From positions 1 to 51,374 of the forward strand of contig CAZBVS010000002.1 of assembly GCA_964495575.1 (NCBI GenBank): a DNA stretch of 51,374 bases, read 5' to 3'. Below the pieces are notes generated by a model. It did not search any database and was not told the origin of the DNA. It saw only the letters and a list, made by a program, of their open reading frames with translations. Shown here one piece after another: positions 10,534-18,426 of this stretch. Position numbers and translations under genes: made by a program. This stretch comes from an uncultured Candidatus Saccharibacteria bacterium. GTDB taxonomy: Bacteria > Patescibacteriota > Minisyncoccia > UBA6257 > GWB1-50-10. Numbering within the stretch: position 1 is the first letter of the stretch; every line of letters starts with the position of its first letter.

Positions 10534-10561
10534 TTGACAATACGATATTTTCTGATATACT
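10534..10561 (+). promoter_or_regulatory. near-consensus sigma70-type promoter
   Basis: TTGACA (10534-10539), 16-nt spacer, extended -10 TG-a-TATACT (10553-10561). Confidence 0.6.
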
Positions 10562-10567
10562 ATAAAA

Positions 10568-10699
10568 TAGTAACTTTAAAACACACCTTCTATTAGAGAG
10601 GCTGGGGAATAGACCCGCATAACAATCTCCTATACAAAAATATAAAGGGATTCTCCGCCTCTCACTCATAATTCCTCTTTAAACAAGGGGAATTTTTTT
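10568..10699 (+). ncRNA. candidate structured RNA (cis-acting leader/attenuator of wecB-murA, or an independent sRNA of about 130 nt)
   Basis: 14-bp bulged helix 10596-10610 / 10650-10663. Intrinsic terminator 10671-10693 plus U6. GGGGAAU is duplicated (10604-10610 and 10687-10693), which allows an antiterminator alternative. Confidence 0.4.
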
Positions 10700-10724
10700 A
10701 TATCCAAACCAAATTTCATCAGTT

Positions 10725-10733
10725 TGTTATAAT
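10725..10733 (+). promoter_or_regulatory. extended -10 element (TGtTATAAT) positioned for a leaderless wecB mRNA
   Basis: The TATAAT hexamer occupies -12..-7 relative to the A of the wecB ATG (10740), with TG at -15/-14. No Shine-Dalgarno sequence is present. Confidence 0.4.
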
Positions 10734-10739
10734 AAAACT

Positions 10740-11837
10740 ATGAAAAACAAAAACTTTAAAATAGACTTAATAGCCGGAACCCGGCCAAACTTTATCAAAA
10801 TAGCCCCGTTATACAAAACTTTTAAAAAAGCTTCCGATATTAAAGCCCGACTTGTTCATACTGGTCAACACTATGATAAAGAGATGTCTCAAATTTTTTT
10901 TGAAGAACTCAATATTCCAAAACCTGATATTAACTTAGAAGTCGGCTCTGATACTCATTCAAAACAAACCGCTAAAATAATGGTGGAGTATGAAAAGCTA
11001 ATAGAAAACGACAAACCAGATATGGTTTTGGTAGTAGGGGATGTAAACTCAACCGCTGCTGCGGCCATAACAGCTAAAAAACTAAATACTCTTTTAGGAC
11101 ACATTGAAGCAGGTTTAAGAAGCTTTGATAGAACTATGCCGGAAGAAATAAACCGAATTATCACCGATAGCATCTCTGATCATCTTTTTACCACCAGCCA
11201 AAATGCTAACGACCATCTTTCTAACGAAGGTCACGAACCAGAAAGCATTCACTTTGTTGGAAACATAATGATCGATTCCTTAAACTCCTTCAAAAACAAA
11301 ACCAAAGAAAAATCAATCCTCAAATCTTTAAAAATAAAACCAAAAGAATATATTCTTGTTACCCTTCACCGCCCCTCAAACGTAGATACCCCTAAAATCT
11401 TTAAAAAACTAACAACAACCCTAGATTCAATCAGTAAAAAAACCCCCGTTATTTTCCCTGCTCATCCAAGAACCAAAGAAAAAATCAATAACCTTAAACT
11501 TTCAAAAAACTTTCATATCACAGAACCTCTTGGATATTTAGAGTTTCTAGGTCTTCAAAAACAGGCTAAAGCTGTTATTACTGACTCCGGGGGTATCCAA
11601 GAAGAAACCACCGTCTTACAAACTCCTTGTATCACTCTCCGAGAAAACACAGAACGCCCCATCACCATTACGGAAGGTTCTAACACCTTAATCAAACCAT
11701 CTGATAAAAACCTGAAAAAGAAAATTAAACGAGCAATAAAAGACCAAAAGAAAATAAATAAAGTGCCTGAATACTGGGATGGGAAAACCGCCCAAAGAAT
11801 ATTAAAAATAATCCAAAAAATTAAAAATAATAATTAA
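10740..11837 (+). CDS. wecB: UDP-N-acetylglucosamine 2-epimerase (non-hydrolysing)
   Basis: 365 aa. GTRPNFIK, VVGDVNSTAAAA and HIEAGLRSFDRTMPEEINR are typical epimerase_2 motifs. Confidence 0.93.
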   Translation: MKNKNFKIDLIAGTRPNFIKIAPLYKTFKKASDIKARLVHTGQHYDKEMSQIFFEELNIPKPDINLEVGSDTHSKQTAKIMVEYEKLIENDKPDMVLVVGDVNSTAAAAITAKKLNTLLGHIEAGLRSFDRTMPEEINRIITDSISDHLFTTSQNANDHLSNEGHEPESIHFVGNIMIDSLNSFKNKTKEKSILKSLKIKPKEYILVTLHRPSNVDTPKIFKKLTTTLDSISKKTPVIFPAHPRTKEKINNLKLSKNFHITEPLGYLEFLGLQKQAKAVITDSGGIQEETTVLQTPCITLRENTERPITITEGSNTLIKPSDKNLKKKIKRAIKDQKKINKVPEYWDGKTAQRILKIIQKIKNNN

Positions 11838-11907
11838 TTAATAAGTTTTGGATTTCCTTTTCAAATAATGATATATTAATAATATAAACTCTTAATCAAA
11901 AAATAAT

Positions 11908-13239
11908 ATGGATCCAAAAAAAGCTCTGAATTTCAAAATTAATGGAGGAAGAGAGTTAACAGGTGAAATAAAGGTAAACACGGCCAAAAACTCGGCCGTC
12001 GCTTTATTATGTGCTTCTTTAATTAACAAAGGCACCACCACCCTAAAAAGAGTCCCGAGAATAGAAGAGGTATTTAGAATAATAGAGGTATTAGAAAGCA
12101 TCGATATAGAAGTAGAATGGAAAAATGACCATACCCTCAAAATTACCCCTCCTAAAGAAATAGACCTCTCAAAAATAGACAAAGAGGCCGGAATGAGAAC
12201 AAGAAGCATCATCATGTTCATCGGCCCTCTCGTAAACAAACTAGATCACTTCAAAATACCTCAAGCTGGTGGTTGTAAACTAGGCTCAAGAACAGTAAAA
12301 CCTCATTTCTATGCTTTAGAACCTCTTGGTGTAGATATAAGAGCAACCAAGGAAGCATATGATGTAAAAGCCCCTAAGAGCCTAAAAAAGAATCAAAGAG
12401 TCGTTTTATACGAATCAGGAGACACCGTTACAGAGAACCTTATCATGGCTGCTTCACTAATTCCCGGAAAAACAGAGATAAGATTTGCCTCGGCCAACTA
12501 TCAAGTTCAAGATCTCTGTCACTTCCTCAAAAAACTAGGTGTGGAAATAGAAGGGATAGGCTCCACAAACCTAACCATAAAAGGAGTAAAAGAGATCAAC
12601 CAAGATATTGAATTCAGCCTTAGTGAAGACCCAATTGAAGCCATGCTTTTTCTCTCCATCGCCGCTACAACAAACTCTGAAATAGAAATAAAAGGAGCTC
12701 CAGTAGATTTTGTAGAACTAGAACTTCTCAAACTTGAAAAAATGGGCTTCAAATATGAAATAACAAATGAATATAAATCTGAGAACGGATTTAGAGATCT
12801 TATTGATATAAAAACAAAAAAATCAGAACTAAAATCATTAGACGAAAAAATATCCGCCAGACCCTTCCCAGGCTTAAACATAGATAATCTTCCTTTCTTC
12901 GTCCCGGTTGCCGCAAAAGCAAAAGGTCAAACCCTAATCCATGACTGGGTATACGAAAACAGAGCAATATATTATATGGAATTAACAAAACTAAACGCAG
13001 ATATGATATTAGCCGACCCTCATCGTGTATACGTAGAAGGCCCTACCAAATTTAAACCAGCCGAAGTCATCTGTCCACCAGCTCTAAGACCTGCTGCTAT
13101 AATCTTAATTGGTATGCTTGCTGCTCCAGGTAAGTCAATATTAAGAAATGTATATTCAATAAACCGAGGCTACGAAGATCTTGCAAAAAGATTAAGAACC
13201 ATCGGTGCTGATGTAAAAATGATAGAAAACAACGATTAA
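11908..13239 (+). CDS. murA: UDP-N-acetylglucosamine 1-carboxyvinyltransferase
   Basis: 443 aa. EPSP-synthase-type fold signature. Active-site loop PQAGGCKLGSRTVKPH with Cys. C-terminal RGYEDLAKRLRTIGADV. Confidence 0.93.
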   Translation: MDPKKALNFKINGGRELTGEIKVNTAKNSAVALLCASLINKGTTTLKRVPRIEEVFRIIEVLESIDIEVEWKNDHTLKITPPKEIDLSKIDKEAGMRTRSIIMFIGPLVNKLDHFKIPQAGGCKLGSRTVKPHFYALEPLGVDIRATKEAYDVKAPKSLKKNQRVVLYESGDTVTENLIMAASLIPGKTEIRFASANYQVQDLCHFLKKLGVEIEGIGSTNLTIKGVKEINQDIEFSLSEDPIEAMLFLSIAATTNSEIEIKGAPVDFVELELLKLEKMGFKYEITNEYKSENGFRDLIDIKTKKSELKSLDEKISARPFPGLNIDNLPFFVPVAAKAKGQTLIHDWVYENRAIYYMELTKLNADMILADPHRVYVEGPTKFKPAEVICPPALRPAAIILIGMLAAPGKSILRNVYSINRGYEDLAKRLRTIGADVKMIENND

Positions 13240-13262
13240 ACATCCCTCAATATAAAAATACA

Positions 13263-13292
13263 CCCTGCAGAGAAAATCTCTGCAGGGATTTT
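13263..13292. terminator. strong hairpin terminator between the convergent murA and membrane-protein genes
   Basis: 11-bp stem CCCTGCAGAGA / TCTCTGCAGGG with a 3-nt loop, followed by TTTT. Confidence 0.8.
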
Positions 13293-13306
13293 AAATATAA
13301 ATTTAA

Positions 13307-13930
13307 TTACTCATTCGCTGCAGTGAGCCACTTCCAAGTATTTTTCCAAAACCTGAAAGTAAATAGGCCCTTCAAAAACCAACCCACTGAAGTACCTAAA
13401 ATAATAAACAATAATAACTCCAGACCAGAGAACAGACCAAAAATTAAAGCAGACACTAAACTTAGAAAATACAAACAAACTAACACAGTCATCATCCTGG
13501 ATTTATCCTTCTTTGAAAAAACTCCGGCATAAAAACCGGCACAAATTATTAATACGCCTAACGATTTAATAACCTCAAAATTCTCTGTATAGAAGTTACT
13601 AAAAACAGGCTCTATTAAATGTGCAAAAATCATTGCCCCGCCAATCATAATCGAGAAACCCCCTACAATACCAGCGTTAGACTGTTTTCCGGCAGGAAAA
13701 TTCATAAAAATCAAAACACCAATTATTGACCACATCGGGCCAATTAAAAAATCTACCCAACGATAGATTTCTCCTGATAAATAGGCAGGAAGCAAGATAA
13801 AACCAAGATCTTCTGAAACAGGCATGTTACCGGCAATAAAATAATAGACTATCCAAAACATCAAAATCAAAGCTCCCGAAAGCAAGGAAAATCTAACCAT
13901 CATCTTAAATTCATCTCTTTCTTTGTTCAT
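13307..13930 (-). CDS. polytopic membrane protein, hypothetical
   Basis: About 6 hydrophobic segments. GGAGG abuts the first ATG (13936), so I prefer the second ATG at 13930 (MNKERDEF). Confidence 0.65.
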   Translation of the reverse strand: MNKERDEFKMMVRFSLLSGALILMFWIVYYFIAGNMPVSEDLGFILLPAYLSGEIYRWVDFLIGPMWSIIGVLIFMNFPAGKQSNAGIVGGFSIMIGGAMIFAHLIEPVFSNFYTENFEVIKSLGVLIICAGFYAGVFSKKDKSRMMTVLVCLYFLSLVSALIFGLFSGLELLLFIILGTSVGWFLKGLFTFRFWKNTWKWLTAANE

Positions 13931-14018
13931 AACCATCCTCCTTATTCAATTATTAATAACTATCATAAAAATAACATAATATGTAATATTGTCAAATATT
14001 ACCATCTATCAATATTAA

Positions 14019-14027
14019 TGATAAAAT
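14019..14027 (+). promoter_or_regulatory. extended -10 element (TGaTAAAAT) positioned for a leaderless pcm mRNA
   Basis: Hexamer TAAAAT at -12..-7 and TG at -15/-14 relative to the pcm ATG (14034). No Shine-Dalgarno sequence. Confidence 0.35.
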
Positions 14028-14033
14028 AAAGAT

Positions 14034-14690
14034 ATGACCAATATGACTCAAAAAAAGCTAATTGAAAAGCTTATTGAAGAAAAATACCTAAAATCCCCTC
14101 TAATAATAGAGGCTTTCCAGAAAATAGACCGCCAGGACTTTGTTCTAGAAAAACAAAAAGAATACGCGTATGTAAATCAAGCCATGCCAATAGGGGAGAA
14201 CCAAACTATTTCTCAACCGCTTACCGTCGCTTTTATGCTTGAAAAACTAAACCCACAACCGGGTGAAAAAATATTAGACATAGGTTCTGGGTCAGGTTGG
14301 CAAGCCGCTCTCCTTTCATATATCGTTAGTAAAAACAATAATGAAGCCGGTAAAGTATTTTCTATAGAAAGAGTAGCTGAATTAAAAAAGATGGCAGAAA
14401 CCAACCTTAAAAAATACAACTTTATTGAAAAAGAAATCGCTCAAGTAATCAAAGGTAACGGTATAGATGGATATATATCCCAAGCTCCGTATGATAAAAT
14501 AATTGCTGCAGCAGCAGGAGATAAAGTTCCTCAAGCCTGGAAAAAGCAACTTAAAACAGGCGGAAGAATAGTAGCTCCTGTAAAATCAAGCATCTACGTC
14601 CTTAATAAAACAAGCAATGAAGATTTTGACGAAAAACAATATTTTGGATTCAGTTTTGTTCCTTTAATAAATAAAAAGAATGAAAAATGA
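14034..14690 (+). CDS. pcm: protein-L-isoaspartate O-methyltransferase
   Basis: 218 aa. TISQPLTVAFMLE and the SAM-binding ILDIGSGSGWQAALLS are typical PCMT motifs. Confidence 0.92.
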   Translation: MTNMTQKKLIEKLIEEKYLKSPLIIEAFQKIDRQDFVLEKQKEYAYVNQAMPIGENQTISQPLTVAFMLEKLNPQPGEKILDIGSGSGWQAALLSYIVSKNNNEAGKVFSIERVAELKKMAETNLKKYNFIEKEIAQVIKGNGIDGYISQAPYDKIIAAAAGDKVPQAWKKQLKTGGRIVAPVKSSIYVLNKTSNEDFDEKQYFGFSFVPLINKKNEK

Positions 14691-15036
14691 AAAAATAAAT
14701 ATTAGCTCTTTAGCCATCTTAAAAACCGGTTTAGGTGCTGTTTTTACATACGCTGGCATATCTATTATTACCTCTCCTGGACGTTGGCTTGAATTTGTAC
14801 CTCAATGGATATCAAACCCTGACCTAATCTTAAACATCATCGGTGTATTAAATCTAATAATAGGAATATGTATAATAATAGGGATAGCTCTACCAATAAT
14901 GTCCTTCCTTGCTTTTTTAACCCTTTTAGCAATAATGATCTTTGTGGGAGTAGGGGATCAAACATTTCAAAACTTTGGTCTTGCAATGATGTCTCTCGCA
15001 ATTTTTATTCAATCCATTAAAAAACCAGATAATTAA
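14680..15036 (+). CDS. small integral membrane protein (3-4 TM), hypothetical
   Basis: 118 aa. Overlaps the pcm stop by 11 nt. Strongly hydrophobic throughout. Confidence 0.55.
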   Translation: MKNEKINISSLAILKTGLGAVFTYAGISIITSPGRWLEFVPQWISNPDLILNIIGVLNLIIGICIIIGIALPIMSFLAFLTLLAIMIFVGVGDQTFQNFGLAMMSLAIFIQSIKKPDN

Positions 15037-15039
15037 AAT

Positions 15040-15738
15040 ATGTTTACTGTCCAAACTCAAGATTTTCAAGGCCCCTTAGACAAACTCTTAGGTCTTGTAA
15101 GAAAAGAAGAGCTAAACATTAACCAAATAAGCCTTGCTAAAGTAACCGGAGACTTTCTTCAGTACGTTAATCACCTAAGATCAGAAGGTGATGTCTCTGA
15201 ATCAACCTTAGCTGATTTTCTTGTAATCGCTTCTAAATTAATTTTAATAAAATCTAAGGTTCTAATTCCTGCTCTAGAACTTGAAGAAGAGGAGGAGGAA
15301 GATATAGAAGAATTACAAATACAACTAAAACTATACAAACAAATCAAAAAAGCAGAAGGTAACATAGAGAATAACTGGTCAAAAAAACCAAAGACAGCTA
15401 CCAGAGAGTTCTTGTCCGGTAACGAAACTATATTCTCTCCAGGAAAGGTTACCACCGATGATATGATAAATGCTTTATCTTCTGTAATTAAAGAAATTAA
15501 AAAATTCAAGCCAGTTCAGAAAATAAGAAAAGAGGTTATCAACCTTAAAGACAAAATAAAAGATATTATGTCTCGGGTTAGCCACCAGCCAACAGGCTTT
15601 AAAAACTTCTTTCAATCAGGAAGTAAAAGTGAGATTGTAGTTATCTTCCTTGCTGTTCTTCATCTTTTCCGGGATGAAAAAATTGAGTTCCAACAAGAAA
15701 AAAGATTCGGAGAAATCCACATAAAGAAAAATAAATAA
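15040..15738 (+). CDS. scpA: segregation and condensation protein A (kleisin)
   Basis: N-terminal FQGPLDKLLGLVRKEELNINQISLAKVTGDFLQYV is the typical ScpA motif. Followed by scpB. Confidence 0.9.
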   Translation: MFTVQTQDFQGPLDKLLGLVRKEELNINQISLAKVTGDFLQYVNHLRSEGDVSESTLADFLVIASKLILIKSKVLIPALELEEEEEEDIEELQIQLKLYKQIKKAEGNIENNWSKKPKTATREFLSGNETIFSPGKVTTDDMINALSSVIKEIKKFKPVQKIRKEVINLKDKIKDIMSRVSHQPTGFKNFFQSGSKSEIVVIFLAVLHLFRDEKIEFQQEKRFGEIHIKKNK

Positions 15739-15775
15739 TTTCAAACTAAATATTTTTTTGCTAACATAAACAAAT

Positions 15776-16315
15776 ATGAATAATAAATCTAAAAAAATAT
15801 CCCAGCTAGAAGCCTTACTTTTCCAATATGGAAAACCAATATCATATAAAAAGGTAGGTAATATCTTAGATCTCGATAAAAAAGATTGCCAAGAAATAAT
15901 TGAAGAATACGAAACAAACCTTAAAGAAGATAAGGAAAGAGGGTTGTGTATTATTAAAAAAGAGAAAAAAATACAGTTAGCCACTAAACCTAACCTAAAA
16001 AACATCAGTCAGGAGATAGCTAAAGAAGAATTTACTGAAGAACTAACTCCCGCTGCTTTAGAAACTTTAACCTTAATCGCTTACCTAGGCCCCGTACCCC
16101 GAACAACTGTGGACTTCATCCGCGGAGTAAACTCAAGTTATATTCTTAGAAACCTCTTAATGAGAGGTTTAATTGAGAGAGAACGTTCAGGTCATACATT
16201 TAACTATCAAGTAACCTTTGACTTCTTAAAGCATCTTGGGTTAAGCTCAATTAAGGAGCTTCCAGAGTATGAAAAATATAAAAATATTTTAGAAGAATAC
16301 GAAACTAATATATAA
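15776..16315 (+). CDS. scpB: segregation and condensation protein B
   Basis: LEALLFQYGKPISYKKV, LTPAALETLTLIAYLGPVPRTTVDFIRGVNS and LRNLLMRGLI form the tandem winged-helix ScpB pattern. Confidence 0.9.
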   Translation: MNNKSKKISQLEALLFQYGKPISYKKVGNILDLDKKDCQEIIEEYETNLKEDKERGLCIIKKEKKIQLATKPNLKNISQEIAKEEFTEELTPAALETLTLIAYLGPVPRTTVDFIRGVNSSYILRNLLMRGLIERERSGHTFNYQVTFDFLKHLGLSSIKELPEYEKYKNILEEYETNI

Positions 16316-16319
16316 ATCT

Positions 16320-17252
16320 ATGTCTATTAAGTGGCAAACATTAATATTAATAATTTTAATTCTTGTTTCTGTAACCGTAACTAAACTTTACGGAATTTCT
16401 CCTTCTTCTGAAAATATCTCCAATAACGCAACCACAACCTCTTCTAATCAGCAAGCTTCTTTGTCAGACATCGACCCCGTTAAAAAGATCCCTACCAGAA
16501 AATGGGACGTTCTTGATCCTAAACTTTCTGCGGATGTAGTTATCGCTCACTCACTAGATGACAATCTCCCTTTCTATTACCAAAATATAAGAGACCCTCA
16601 TGTTCTCGCTTCCTTAACAAAACTCCTAACCACAGTAGTAGTTATGGAAGATATCGGTCTTGATAAAAAAATACCAGTTACAAAGGAAGCTATAGAAACT
16701 AAGGGGCTAGCTGGAGATCTAAAAAGTGGAGAGTCGTACTCAGCCCGTGATCTGTTAAAGATAATGCTTCTTACCTCCTCAAATGATGCTGCTGCCACCT
16801 TTGAAGAATTCTTAGGAGGGAAAGAAGAAATGGCGAAAAAAATCAATAACAAAGCTATAGAAATGGGTCTTGATTCAATATCTGTAGAAGATGCTTCCGG
16901 TCTTTGTGACTACAACATGGGAGAAGGAATAGACTTTTTAAAACTAACCAAATACATCCTGAAACATCATCCTGAAATATTCACCTGGACTCAAGCTCAT
17001 GATATCTGGGTTCAACCTTGGAACGGAGCTAACCAAAGAAAGGTGTATAACATAAATCCTCTTTCTAATAACAAAAGCTTCTTAGGAGGCAAAACAGGCA
17101 CTTCAAAAGTAGCCGGGGAAAACCTTGTCTCTATATTTAATATAAAAAGCAGAAGAGTTGTTATAATACTTATGGGCTCCCAGAATAGAGTAGAGGACTC
17201 CCAAAAACTAATATCCTGGATTAAAAAAGCCTATACCTTCCCTGAAGAATAA
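16320..17252 (+). CDS. D-alanyl-D-alanine carboxypeptidase (peptidase S11, low-MW PBP)
   Basis: N-terminal TM helix. SxxK (ASLTKLLT), SxN (SSND) and KTG (GKTGTS) motifs in canonical order. Confidence 0.88.
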   Translation: MSIKWQTLILIILILVSVTVTKLYGISPSSENISNNATTTSSNQQASLSDIDPVKKIPTRKWDVLDPKLSADVVIAHSLDDNLPFYYQNIRDPHVLASLTKLLTTVVVMEDIGLDKKIPVTKEAIETKGLAGDLKSGESYSARDLLKIMLLTSSNDAAATFEEFLGGKEEMAKKINNKAIEMGLDSISVEDASGLCDYNMGEGIDFLKLTKYILKHHPEIFTWTQAHDIWVQPWNGANQRKVYNINPLSNNKSFLGGKTGTSKVAGENLVSIFNIKSRRVVIILMGSQNRVEDSQKLISWIKKAYTFPEE

Positions 17253-17267
17253 TAAATAAATATAAAC

Positions 17268-18314
17268 ATGGTTTTATTTGCAGCAGTAAGAATATTGATA
17301 ATTTTCGCTCTTGCTTTTATTATCGCTCTTTTTATAACTCCTCTTGTTTTCAAAGCCTTACTTAAATTAGATTTTAGAAAAAAGAATATAAGAAGCAAGG
17401 ACGAAGCTCCTGTATTTCACAAATTTCATAAAAATAAATCAGACACCCCTACAATGGGAGGTGTAATAATTTGGGGAACCGTTTTAGGAATGGCTATTGT
17501 ATTCCTAATCCTTGCTAAAACAATTGATGGTTTCTTTGAATACTTTAACTTTGTAGATAGAGCTCAAACTTACCTTCCCTTGGCTGCTTTATTTATCGCC
17601 GCTATCGTTGGGTTGATAGATGATCTATTCGGCATCCTGGGTAAAGGAGCAAAAAGTGGGGGATTAAAAATGAAACACAAACTTCTTCTATATTCAGGAG
17701 TAGCAGTATTGGGTGCCTGGTGGTTTTACTTCAAACTTGGCTTTACAACCCTCTATGTTCCTTTTATAGGGTCTTTTGATATCGGAGCCTGGTATATCCC
17801 TTTCTTTATCTTTATTCTCGTAGCAACCGCTTTTTCATCCAACGAAACAGACGGGCTTGATGGTCTTGCTGGAGGAGTGCTTTTCTTTGCCTTTGGAGCT
17901 TTAGCGGTTGTAGCTTTTGTAATTGGTAGATATGAATTAGCCGCCATGATAGCTGCAATTCTTGGTTCCTTATTAGCTTTTCTATGGTTTAATATCTACC
18001 CCGCCAAATTCTTTATGGGAGATACCGGATCTATGTCATTAGGAATAACCTTAGGAGTTATTGCCATGCTTACCAACACTGCCTTTTTCCTTCCTTTCTT
18101 CGGAATTGTCTTAATCGGAGAATCAATCTCGGTCATTATTCAAACAATAAGTAAAAAATTCAGAGGGCAAAAAATATTCCACTCCACGCCAATCCATCAT
18201 CATTTTGAAGCTTTAAAATGGCCGGAATCACAAATTACCATGAGATTTTGGATAATCTCGGCTGTTTTTGCAACTATAGGCTTAGTGCTATACTTTCTCG
18301 CTCACTTTGCATAA
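17268..18314 (+). CDS. mraY: phospho-N-acetylmuramoyl-pentapeptide transferase
   Basis: 348 aa, polytopic. GLIDD, NETDGLDGLA, FMGDTGS and STPIHHHFE motifs. Confidence 0.95.
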   Translation: MVLFAAVRILIIFALAFIIALFITPLVFKALLKLDFRKKNIRSKDEAPVFHKFHKNKSDTPTMGGVIIWGTVLGMAIVFLILAKTIDGFFEYFNFVDRAQTYLPLAALFIAAIVGLIDDLFGILGKGAKSGGLKMKHKLLLYSGVAVLGAWWFYFKLGFTTLYVPFIGSFDIGAWYIPFFIFILVATAFSSNETDGLDGLAGGVLFFAFGALAVVAFVIGRYELAAMIAAILGSLLAFLWFNIYPAKFFMGDTGSMSLGITLGVIAMLTNTAFFLPFFGIVLIGESISVIIQTISKKFRGQKIFHSTPIHHHFEALKWPESQITMRFWIISAVFATIGLVLYFLAHFA

Positions 18315-18337
18315 AAAATTTATTAGATGTTTTTTAA

Positions 18338-18361
18338 GCCACCTCCGGGTGGCTTTTTTTA
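18338..18361 (+). terminator. intrinsic terminator after mraY
   Basis: GCCACC-TCCG-GGTGGC hairpin followed by T8. Confidence 0.8.
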
Positions 18362-18426
18362 TATCCACAAAACATAAAAATTAAATATCCTTTATAATAT
18401 AAATACAATCAAAATAAAATAATCTT

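Noticed and set aside
9552-10669. ORFs 9552-9764 (+) and 10367-10669 (-)
   Set aside because: Each overlaps a hand-folded tRNA gene (Ile-GAU, Ala-UGC) and terminator hairpins. They have no Shine-Dalgarno sequence and their composition is implausible.
13967-13994. dif-like sequence AAATAACATAA-TATGTA-ATATTGTCAAA in the divergent intergenic region before pcm
   Set aside because: One arm matches the XerD-type arm ATTTAACATAA at 9/11. The other arm lacks the inner TTATG and matches only about 5/11. It is more simply an imperfect palindrome (TAACATA-A-TATGTAA) in a promoter region.
18361-18369. DnaA-box-like ATATCCACA (8/9 match to TTATCCACA) after the mraY terminator
   Set aside because: It is a single isolated copy with no cluster, no adjacent AT-rich unwinding repeats and no dnaA/dnaN. 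A one-off 8/9 match is expected by chance in 51 kb.
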